DNA of 32,000 nucleotides from Isorropodon fossajaponicum endosymbiont JTNG4 (GTDB lineage Bacteria; Pseudomonadota; Gammaproteobacteria; PS1; Pseudothioglobaceae). Shown here piece by piece: positions 25,106-32,000 of this stretch (the first letter of the stretch is position 1; every line of letters begins with the position of its first letter). The notes under the pieces were generated by a model. The model made no database searches. It was not told the origin of the DNA and saw nothing but the letters and a program-made list of their open reading frames with translations. Location of the stretch: assembly GCF_016592615.1 (NCBI RefSeq), contig NZ_AP013043.1, positions 1,320,001 to 1,352,000 of the forward strand, in the 5' to 3' direction. A program made the translations under genes and the position numbers.

Positions 25106-25623
25106 TACCCTTCCCCAGTAATTTGATCAACAGTCTTACCACGCTTGGCAGCAACCAATTGTGGAGATGACATAGAAGTCAAACCTTCAACCGTTGCACG
25201 CACCACACTAATTGGGTTACGAGTACCGTTGCATTTCGCCAAAATATTATGCACACCCACTGCCTCTAATACGCTACGCATTGGACCACCAGCAATAACA
25301 CCCGTACCTTCTGAAGCTGGCTGCATATAAACTTTAGCTGCGCCAACACTTGAGGTAATTGGATAATGAAGCGTGCCGTTCACCAGTGGCACAGACTTCA
25401 TTGCCTTACGTGCTTTATCCATTGCTTTTTGAATAGCAGCAGGTACTTCACGCGCTTTTCCTGTGCCATAGCCAACTTTACCATTACCATTGCCAACAAC
25501 AACTAGCGCTGAAAAACCAAAGATACGCCCACCTTTCACTACTTTTACAACACGACGGATATTAACCAATTTTTCAATATAATCGTTATCATCGTTGTTG
25601 TTATTTTTCTTATATTCAGTCAT
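25105..25623 (-). CDS. rpsE: 30S ribosomal protein S5
   Basis: 172 aa: ...[49 protein letters not shown]. Confidence 0.96.
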   Translation of the reverse strand: MTEYKKNNNNDDNDYIEKLVNIRRVVKVVKGGRIFGFSALVVVGNGNGKVGYGTGKAREVPAAIQKAMDKARKAMKSVPLVNGTLHYPITSSVGAAKVYMQPASEGTGVIAGGPMRSVLEAVGVHNILAKCNGTRNPISVVRATVEGLTSMSSPQLVAAKRGKTVDQITGEG

Positions 25624-25669
25624 TATTTACGCCTTTTTAATATTTTTATTAATTAATCTTATTAACAAC

Positions 25670-26017
25670 TTAGAAGTCCAAACCACCTTCTCTCGCCGCA
25701 TCAGCCAATGCTTTAACGCGACCATGATATTTAAATCCAGAGCGGTCAAAGGTGACTTTTGTTACTTTTGCACTAGTAGCAGCTTTAGCGATTGCCTCAC
25801 CAACTTTAGTTGCTGCATCTACATTACCACCATTTTTAAGTTTGGTTGCTAATGTTGAAGCAGAAGCCAACACTTTAGTACCACAAGGGCTAATAATCTG
25901 AGCATAAATATGCTGTGCAGTTTTGTGAACGCATAAGCGCTCAACACTTCTTTGTGCGTGCTTGGCTCTAAATTTGGTTGCTCTTCTTAAACGAGCTTGT
26001 TTTTTAGAAAGTTTCAT
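25670..26017 (-). CDS. rplR: 50S ribosomal protein L18
   Basis: 115 aa: [19 protein letters not shown]...[16 protein letters not shown]. Confidence 0.95.
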   Translation of the reverse strand: MKLSKKQARLRRATKFRAKHAQRSVERLCVHKTAQHIYAQIISPCGTKVLASASTLATKLKNGGNVDAATKVGEAIAKAATSAKVTKVTFDRSGFKYHGRVKALADAAREGGLDF

Positions 26018-26034
26018 ATTAATACCTTAGTCAA

Positions 26035-26580
26035 TTATTTCTTCTTAGCTTCTTTACGAACAACTTGTTCATCAGTGTAACGAACACCCTTACCTTTGTA
26101 AGGCTCTGGCGGACGATAAGCTCTAATTTCAGCGGCCACTTGACCTACTTTTTGCTTGTCCATACCTTTAATGACAATTTCAGTTTGAGAAGGTGTTTCA
26201 ACTGTAATGCCTTCTGGGAGTTTGTAATTAATTGGGTGCGAAAAACCCAATGTAAGATCCAACACTTTTCCCATTGCTTTGGCACGATAACCAACACCAA
26301 TCAAGGTCAACTTCTTTTCCCAGCCCTCTGTTACGCCCTGAATAAGATTTGCAGTATTGGCTCTTGCTGTACCAGCTTGAACCCAAGCTTTCTTTTGCTC
26401 TTTCTTTTCAGCGATAGTAATATCAAAACTAAGTTTATCATCAGTATTTGTAATTACAACGCAAGGATGGACATTCATATTCAACTGACCCAACTTGCCC
26501 TTGGCAGACATTAAATTACCAGTAATGGTAACTTCAACACCAGTTGGTATGGTAATGGGTGATTTTGCAACTCTAGACAT
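26035..26580 (-). CDS. rplF: 50S ribosomal protein L6
   Basis: 181 aa: [22 protein letters not shown]...[14 protein letters not shown]. Confidence 0.95.
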   Translation of the reverse strand: MSRVAKSPITIPTGVEVTITGNLMSAKGKLGQLNMNVHPCVVITNTDDKLSFDITIAEKKEQKKAWVQAGTARANTANLIQGVTEGWEKKLTLIGVGYRAKAMGKVLDLTLGFSHPINYKLPEGITVETPSQTEIVIKGMDKQKVGQVAAEIRAYRPPEPYKGKGVRYTDEQVVRKEAKKK

Positions 26581-26595
26581 TCTAACTCTCCAATA

Positions 26596-26991
26596 TTAGT
26601 AAACGTTGCACAAAACTTCGCCGCCTACATTTTGCTCATGTGCTGCTTGTCCAGTCATCACGCCTTTAGGCGTAGAAACAATAACAATACCTAAGCCATT
26701 CATAACACTTGGCATTTGTGAACTACCCACATAAACTCTTAAACTTGGCTTTGATATGCGCTGTAATTTTTCAATAACTGGCTTGTTGTCATAATATTTT
26801 AATTTGATGTTTAATGTTTTACTAGCAGTAATACCATCAACACTAAAAGATTCAATATAGCCTTCTTGTTGCATCACACTTACAATGGCAGATTTTAAAT
26901 TTGACGCTGGAACATTAACTTCTTTTTTCTCAACCATTTGCGCGTTGCGAATGCGCGTTAACATGTCAGCAATAGGATCAGACATACTCAT
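26596..26991 (-). CDS. rpsH: 30S ribosomal protein S8
   Basis: 131 aa: [18 protein letters not shown]. Confidence 0.96.
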   Translation of the reverse strand: MSMSDPIADMLTRIRNAQMVEKKEVNVPASNLKSAIVSVMQQEGYIESFSVDGITASKTLNIKLKYYDNKPVIEKLQRISKPSLRVYVGSSQMPSVMNGLGIVIVSTPKGVMTGQAAHEQNVGGEVLCNVY

Positions 26992-27002
26992 ATTATTTCT
27001 CC

Positions 27003-27308
27003 TTACCAGCTTGCTTTAGATAAACCTGGAACTTCACCATTCATGGTGCGCTCTCTAAGTTTGGTTCTAGCAAGACCAAACTTACGGTAAAAACCATGTG
27101 GGCGACCTGTCAAAGCGCAACGACTACGCTGACGTGTTGGTGAAGCATCACGTGGCAGAGCTTGCAATTTAATGGTTGCTTGAAAACGCTCTTCATCAGA
27201 TGCGTTAATACTCTTAATAATTTTCTTAAGCTCAAGGCGTTTTGCTTTGTATTTTTCAACCAGCTTTGTGCGCTTGATGTCTCTATTTATCATAGACTTT
27301 TTAGCCAT
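27003..27308 (-). CDS. rpsN: 30S ribosomal protein S14
   Basis: 101 aa: [13 protein letters not shown]...[24 protein letters not shown]...[11 protein letters not shown]. Confidence 0.96.
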   Translation of the reverse strand: MAKKSMINRDIKRTKLVEKYKAKRLELKKIIKSINASDEERFQATIKLQALPRDASPTRQRSRCALTGRPHGFYRKFGLARTKLRERTMNGEVPGLSKASW

Positions 27309-27313
27309 TTTTC

Positions 27314-27853
27314 TTATCCTTTAAATGGGAATTTAAACATTGCCAATAGTTTCTTAGCGTCTTCATCACTTTTTGCAGTGGTGGTAATAGCAATATCCAT
27401 CCCACGCACTCTTGTTACTTTTTCAAAATCAATTTCAGCAAACGTAATTTGTTCAGTAATACCCATGTTGTAATTACCACGACCGTCAAATGCAGTGGCC
27501 TTTAAACCCCGAAAATCACGAATACGAGGAATGGCAATATTAACTAAGCGATCAAGAAATTCATACATTCTTTCCTTGCGTAAAGTGACCTTACAACCAA
27601 TTGGGTTTCCTTCTCTTAACTTAAAACTTGCCACTGATTTACGCGCATTACAAGTTAGTGGCTTCTGACCAGAAATAAGGCTCATTTCTTCCAATGCACT
27701 TTGCAGCACCTTTTTATCACCCAATGCACTACCCAATCCCATATTGATTGTAATTTTTTCAATCTTAGGCACTTGCATAGGATTAGACATACCTAGCTCT
27801 TTTTGTAAAGCTGGTAAAATTTCATTTCTATATTGTTCTTGTAATCTAGACAC
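27314..27853 (-). CDS. rplE: 50S ribosomal protein L5
   Basis: 179 aa: [41 protein letters not shown]. Confidence 0.96.
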   Translation of the reverse strand: MSRLQEQYRNEILPALQKELGMSNPMQVPKIEKITINMGLGSALGDKKVLQSALEEMSLISGQKPLTCNARKSVASFKLREGNPIGCKVTLRKERMYEFLDRLVNIAIPRIRDFRGLKATAFDGRGNYNMGITEQITFAEIDFEKVTRVRGMDIAITTTAKSDEDAKKLLAMFKFPFKG

Positions 27854-27875
27854 GCTTATATTTCCTTATACTTAA

Positions 27876-28187
27876 TCAAACGATTGCTTCATCATTTGAT
27901 TTAAAAAATCTTTCTTTAATACCATCTTTATTAGTGCGGACACCCACCCTATCAGCTTTTTTAGTTGTTGGATTATAAATAGCAACATTAGAAACTGCTA
28001 GAGGCATTTCTATCTCTGTAATACCGCCCGTAACACCTGCATTTGGGTTGGGTCTTACATGTTTTTTGGCAAGATTTAAACCCTCAACCAACACCTTAGA
28101 ATCTAATACCTTAGTTACTGTACCTGTAGAGCCTTTGTCTTTGCCGGCAATAATAATGACTTCGTCGTTTAATTTAATCTTTTGCAT
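27876..28187 (-). CDS. rplX: 50S ribosomal protein L24
   Basis: 103 aa: [24 protein letters not shown]. Confidence 0.95.
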   Translation of the reverse strand: MQKIKLNDEVIIIAGKDKGSTGTVTKVLDSKVLVEGLNLAKKHVRPNPNAGVTGGITEIEMPLAVSNVAIYNPTTKKADRVGVRTNKDGIKERFFKSNDEAIV

Positions 28188-28555
28188 TATAAAACCTCTG
28201 GTGCAAGTGAGACAATTTTCATAAATTGTGCATTGCGTAATTCGCGAGTCACTGGACCAAAAATACGAGTACCGATTGGCTCAAGTTTTGTATTTAGAAG
28301 TACAATTGCATTATTATCAAAACGAATACGAGACCCATCGCTACGGCGAACACCATGAGCAGTACGTACAACAACTGCATCATACACATCGCCTTTTTTA
28401 ACTTTGCCGCGCGGTGCGGCTTCTTTAATACTGACCTTAATGACATCGCCGATATTAGCATAACGACGCTTAGAACCACCTAGTACTTTAATACACATTG
28501 CTTTAACGCCACCACTATTATCTGCGACCTTAAGTTTTGTTTGCATTTGAATCAT
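28187..28555 (-). CDS. rplN: 50S ribosomal protein L14
   Basis: 122 aa: [33 protein letters not shown]. Confidence 0.96.
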   Translation of the reverse strand: MIQMQTKLKVADNSGGVKAMCIKVLGGSKRRYANIGDVIKVSIKEAAPRGKVKKGDVYDAVVVRTAHGVRRSDGSRIRFDNNAIVLLNTKLEPIGTRIFGPVTRELRNAQFMKIVSLAPEVL

Positions 28556-28583
28556 GACTTACTCTCTTTAAATAAACTTAATA

Positions 28584-28850
28584 TTAATCAACAGAAACTG
28601 ATTTTTCAACCACTTCCAGTAATGCCCAATGCTTAGTTTTTGAAAATGGTTTTGCTTCAACCACTCGAACTAAATCACCACGTGTGCATTCATTCTTTTC
28701 ATCGTGCGCATGCACTTTGGTGCTGCGTTTGATGTATTTTTTGTAAATAGGATGTCTTACTTTGCGTTCAATTAAAACAGCAATGGTCTTGTCACGATTG
28801 CTACTCACAACCGTGCCTGTCAATACGCGTTCTACTTTTTTGTCACTCAT
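28584..28850 (-). CDS. rpsQ: 30S ribosomal protein S17
   Basis: 88 aa: ...[42 protein letters not shown]. Confidence 0.95.
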   Translation of the reverse strand: MSDKKVERVLTGTVVSSNRDKTIAVLIERKVRHPIYKKYIKRSTKVHAHDEKNECTRGDLVRVVEAKPFSKTKHWALLEVVEKSVSVD

Positions 28851-29035
28851 GCTTGCTTCTGCCTAATAATAGTTTTAACTTGTGCAATGGATCTTTTAGT
28901 TTTTCCCAACTTTGAAGCATCATCCAATTGTGCGCTTTTATGTTGCATACGCAACTCAAAATGCTCCTTTAGAAGTTTAATCAACGTTTCATTAAGTGCT
29001 GAAACGTCTTGATTTCTTAACTCTTTAACATCCAT
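28847..29035 (-). CDS. rpmC: 50S ribosomal protein L29
   Basis: 62 aa: [31 protein letters not shown]. 4-nt overlap with rpsQ. Confidence 0.94.
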   Translation of the reverse strand: MDVKELRNQDVSALNETLIKLLKEHFELRMQHKSAQLDDASKLGKTKRSIAQVKTIIRQKQA

Positions 29036-29445
29036 TACATTACCGTCCGTTTAATAACTGTCGTTTTGACTGGCAACTTTGCTGCTGCTAATGCGAATGC
29101 TTCTCTAGCAATTGTTTCATCAACACCTTGCATTTCAAACAACATCTGACCAGGTTTAATTTGTGCAACCCAATATTCAACACTACCTTTACCTTTACCC
29201 ATCCTAACTTCTAATGGCTTTTTAGTAATAGGCTTGTCCGGAAACACACGAATCCAAATCTTTCCTTGACGTTTAACATGGCGTGTCATTGCACGACGTG
29301 CAGATTCAATTTGTCTGGCAGTCATGCGACATCTGCCCACAGCTTGGAGTCCGATTTCACCAAAACTAACCTTATGACCCGTTGCAAGACCGCGATTACG
29401 GCCTTTCATCATTTTTCTAAATTTTGTTCTCTTAGGTTGTAACAT
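29035..29445 (-). CDS. rplP: 50S ribosomal protein L16
   Basis: 136 aa: [21 protein letters not shown]. Confidence 0.96.
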   Translation of the reverse strand: MLQPKRTKFRKMMKGRNRGLATGHKVSFGEIGLQAVGRCRMTARQIESARRAMTRHVKRQGKIWIRVFPDKPITKKPLEVRMGKGKGSVEYWVAQIKPGQMLFEMQGVDETIAREAFALAAAKLPVKTTVIKRTVM

Positions 29446-29461
29446 TTATCAATCCTTCGCT

Positions 29462-30154
29462 TTATTTTTTGGCAATCTGATTCGTTGCACCACGACGAGC
29501 AACCTCATCTAGTGTGCCTTTTTTGTGATCTAGAATCTCACCTTTGAAAATCCAAACTTTAATACCAATAACACCGTACTGTGTGTTTGCACCGTAAGAG
29601 GAGTAATCAACATCAGCTCTAAAAGTATGTAAGGGTACTCGACCTTCACGATACCACTCGGAACGCGCAATTTCTGCACCGTTTAAACGGCCACTAACCA
29701 TCACTTTAATACCTTGGGCACCCAAACGAGTTGCATTGCCTAGCACACGCTTAACAGCACGACGATACATCACACGTTTTTCTAATTGTTGAGCAATATT
29801 TTCAGCCACCAAACGCGCATCAAGTTCAGGTTTTTTAATTTCTTCAATATTAATATGAACAGGAATGCCCATCATTTTTGAAACAGTTGACTTTAACTGC
29901 TCAATATCAGCACCTTTTTTGCCAATAACAATACCTGGACGTGCCGTATGAATAGTAACCTTGGCATTATTTGCCAAACGTTCAATCTGAATACGACTAA
30001 CAGAAGCGTTCGTTAATTTATCGAACAGATAATCTCTAACCTCAATATCAGATAATAAATATTTAGAATAATCTTGACTATTGGCATACCATTTAGAATC
30101 CCAATCTTTGACAATACCTAATCTAATACCTTTTGGATTTACTTTTTGACCCAT
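29462..30154 (-). CDS. rpsC: 30S ribosomal protein S3
   Basis: 230 aa: [24 protein letters not shown]. Confidence 0.96.
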   Translation of the reverse strand: MGQKVNPKGIRLGIVKDWDSKWYANSQDYSKYLLSDIEVRDYLFDKLTNASVSRIQIERLANNAKVTIHTARPGIVIGKKGADIEQLKSTVSKMMGIPVHINIEEIKKPELDARLVAENIAQQLEKRVMYRRAVKRVLGNATRLGAQGIKVMVSGRLNGAEIARSEWYREGRVPLHTFRADVDYSSYGANTQYGVIGIKVWIFKGEILDHKKGTLDEVARRGATNQIAKK

Positions 30155-30161
30155 ATTAAAC

Positions 30162-30500
30162 CTACTTGCTTACGCCAACTGTAATGTGGCTTGTTCTTTT
30201 TAAAATTCTATTCGCTCTACCTTTTGCTCTTGGGCGAATTCTTTTCATGGTTGAACCTTCGTCAATATAAATACTGGTAACGAGTAATTCATCGATATCT
30301 AGTCCATCATTATGCTCAGCATTAGAAATAGCTGAGTTCAACACTTTTTTGACCAAAACTGCTGCCTTTTTATTACTGAATGATAAAATATTTAAGGCCT
30401 CTTCTACCGACTTAAGACGAATCTGATCCGCCACCAATCTTGCCTTAAAAGCGGATGTTTTTGCATATTTGTGTACTGCTTTAACTTCTTTCATTGTCAT
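30162..30500 (-). CDS. rplV: 50S ribosomal protein L22
   Basis: 112 aa: ...[52 protein letters not shown]. The true start may be the second ATG at 30494 (MKEVKAV...). Confidence 0.95.
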   Translation of the reverse strand: MTMKEVKAVHKYAKTSAFKARLVADQIRLKSVEEALNILSFSNKKAAVLVKKVLNSAISNAEHNDGLDIDELLVTSIYIDEGSTMKRIRPRAKGRANRILKRTSHITVGVSK

Positions 30501-30508
30501 CTACCTAT

Positions 30509-30778
30509 TTAAGCTTTGCGATCACCAGAGTGACCTTTGAAAGTTCTAGTCATGGCAAATTCGCCCAATTTATGACCAATCATGTTTTCATTGATAGACA
30601 CAGGAACATGCGCCCTACCGTTATGAACTGCAATCGTAAGACCAATCATTTCAGGCACGACAACACTGCGACGCGACCACGTTTTAATTGGTTTTCTGTC
30701 ATTTTTTTCTTGAGCCACTAATACTTTTTTGATTAAGTGCTCGTCTACAAATGGTCCTTTTCTTAATGATCTAGCCAT
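30509..30778 (-). CDS. rpsS: 30S ribosomal protein S19
   Basis: 89 aa: [19 protein letters not shown]. Confidence 0.96.
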   Translation of the reverse strand: MARSLRKGPFVDEHLIKKVLVAQEKNDRKPIKTWSRRSVVVPEMIGLTIAVHNGRAHVPVSINENMIGHKLGEFAMTRTFKGHSGDRKA

Positions 30779-30780
30779 GA

Positions 30781-31611
30781 TTAACCCTTATTCCTATGAC
30801 GCACGATGAGCCTATCTGTGCGTTTATTGCTACGTGTTTTATAACCCTTGGTCGGTGTACCCCAAGGAGAAACTGGGTGTCTACCACCACTGGTTTTACC
30901 TTCACCGCCACCATGTGGATGGTCAACTGGGTTCATAACAACACCACGAACAGTTGGACGAACACCTCGCCAACGAGTAGCACCTGCTTTACCTAATTTT
31001 CTTAAACTATGTTCAGACCTAGAAACTTCACCAATTGTTGCACGACAATCTGCTAAAACCTTGCGTACCTCACCAGAACGAAGCCTCAAAGTAACATAGT
31101 TGCCTTCTTTAGCAATCAACTGTGCAGAGGTGCCAGCACTACGAGCAATTTGTGCGCCTTTCATGGGTTTTAATTCAATACAATGAACCACACTACCTAA
31201 TGGGATGTTGCTTAATGGCATTACATTGCCTGCTTGAATAGCAACAGAATTACCTGACACAATGGTATCGCCAGCACTCAAACCACGAGGTGCAATAATA
31301 TAACGACGCTCACCATCAGCATATAAAACCAAGGCAATGTTAGCACTACGATTTGGATCATATTCTAAACGTTCAACACGTGCAGTAATATCATCTTTAT
31401 TGCGCTTAAAATCAATAATACGATAACGACGCTTATGCCCACCACCCTTATGACGTGTAGTGATACGACCTGCGTTATTACGACCGCTGATTCTATTTTT
31501 GCTTTGTGTTAATGGCGCATAAGGCGCGCCTTTATATAGCTCTTTGTCTACAATACTAACAACAAATCTTCTACCTGGTGAGGTTGGTTTTCTTTTAATT
31601 ACTTGTGCCAT
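30781..31611 (-). CDS. rplB: 50S ribosomal protein L2
   Basis: 276 aa: [18 protein letters not shown]...[26 protein letters not shown]. Confidence 0.97.
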   Translation of the reverse strand: MAQVIKRKPTSPGRRFVVSIVDKELYKGAPYAPLTQSKNRISGRNNAGRITTRHKGGGHKRRYRIIDFKRNKDDITARVERLEYDPNRSANIALVLYADGERRYIIAPRGLSAGDTIVSGNSVAIQAGNVMPLSNIPLGSVVHCIELKPMKGAQIARSAGTSAQLIAKEGNYVTLRLRSGEVRKVLADCRATIGEVSRSEHSLRKLGKAGATRWRGVRPTVRGVVMNPVDHPHGGGEGKTSGGRHPVSPWGTPTKGYKTRSNKRTDRLIVRHRNKG

Positions 31612-31621
31612 AATAATCTCT

Positions 31622-31912
31622 TTAAGTGCTGCTCACATCAATCATTTGGCCTTCAGACACTTTTACCATTGCCTTTTTCCAATTTGAGTGTGATCCAATC
31701 CTGCCTTTAAATATTTTTTTCTTACCTTTAACAATTGAGGTTGTCACCTTTTCAACATTAACGCTAAACAGCATTTCAACTGCAGCTTTAATTTCTCTTT
31801 TAGAACTATCAACACGAACTTTAAATGCGTGTTGATTGTGCGCTGATAGCATGGTCGTTTTTTCAGAAACGATTGGTGCCAACAAGGTTTTTAATACTTT
31901 TTCTTGATTCAT
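31622..31912 (-). CDS. rplW: 50S ribosomal protein L23
   Basis: 96 aa: [23 protein letters not shown]. Confidence 0.95.
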   Translation of the reverse strand: MNQEKVLKTLLAPIVSEKTTMLSAHNQHAFKVRVDSSKREIKAAVEMLFSVNVEKVTTSIVKGKKKIFKGRIGSHSNWKKAMVKVSEGQMIDVSST

Positions 31913-32000
31913 AACATTGCCTCAATTTTTTTCAACGCTGCCTCAGTTACCACAACATTGTCATAACCAATCAAGCTAATCGGGTCAATGCTTTGTGTAT
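31909..32000 (-). CDS. rplD: 50S ribosomal protein L4, C-terminal 30 codons (5' part beyond the window)
   Basis: Manual translation: ..[29 protein letters not shown]. The TGA overlaps the rplW ATG (ATGA). It resembles the E. coli L4 C-terminus ..[26 protein letters not shown]. Confidence 0.85.
   Translation of the reverse strand, partial: TQSIDPISLIGYDNVVVTEAALKKIEAML

Noticed and set aside
26065-26514. Long plus-strand ORFs antisense to ribosomal and other genes. Examples from the track: 26065-26514 (149 aa), 23603-23887, 27162-27473, 30848-31099, 11617-12021, 14858-15163, 7281-7589.
   Set aside because: Each lies entirely inside a confidently identified gene on the opposite strand. They have low-complexity or Cys/Leu/Ser-rich translations, no SD and no recognisable motifs. 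They are typical shadow ORFs.

Overview
AT-rich (by eye about 35-40% GC) gammaproteobacterial-type chromosome segment with two very different halves.

**Right half (about 19.2-32.0 kb, all minus strand).** This is an intact, tightly packed ribosomal-protein superoperon:
- the tail of the S10 operon (rplD partial, rplW, rplB, rpsS, rplV, rpsC, rplP, rpmC, rpsQ);
- the spc operon (rplN to secY, then rpmJ);
- a near-consensus promoter followed by the alpha operon (rpsM, rpsK, rpsD, rpoA, rplQ), which runs straight on into rpsU and a GatB/YqeY gene.

**Left half (1-18.3 kb).** Intact housekeeping genes (nagZ, ampG, a rhodanese, rlmD, cca, msrB, an alpha/beta hydrolase) are mixed with an unusually high density of decayed genes:
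- a small outer-membrane beta-barrel gene;
- an L,D-transpeptidase;
- an unclassified remnant;
- glcF;
- a glcD::rhuM fusion wreck, with glcE missing;
- a 5'-truncated class-V aminotransferase;
- mpl;
- an internally deleted ubiX;
- a TauE/SafE permease.

Two nearly identical 1.3 kb IS3-family elements in direct orientation bracket a 9.9 kb block. Both carry the same nonsense codon in the transposase.

The overall picture is a genome undergoing IS-associated reductive decay, as in a recently host-restricted symbiont. That taxonomic and lifestyle reading is my inference only.

I do not see an intact novel multi-gene system (no CRISPR, no complete defence or toxin-antitoxin operon, no RNA genes). 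The most unusual intact feature is ribosomal protein L30 with an obligatorily translated Lys-rich N-terminal extension of about 53 residues. The accessory material (rhuM fragment, orphan antitoxin) looks like the ruins of a mobile island that landed in the glycolate-oxidase locus.

Several frameshifts sit in homopolymer runs, so sequencing error must be excluded before they are called pseudogenes.
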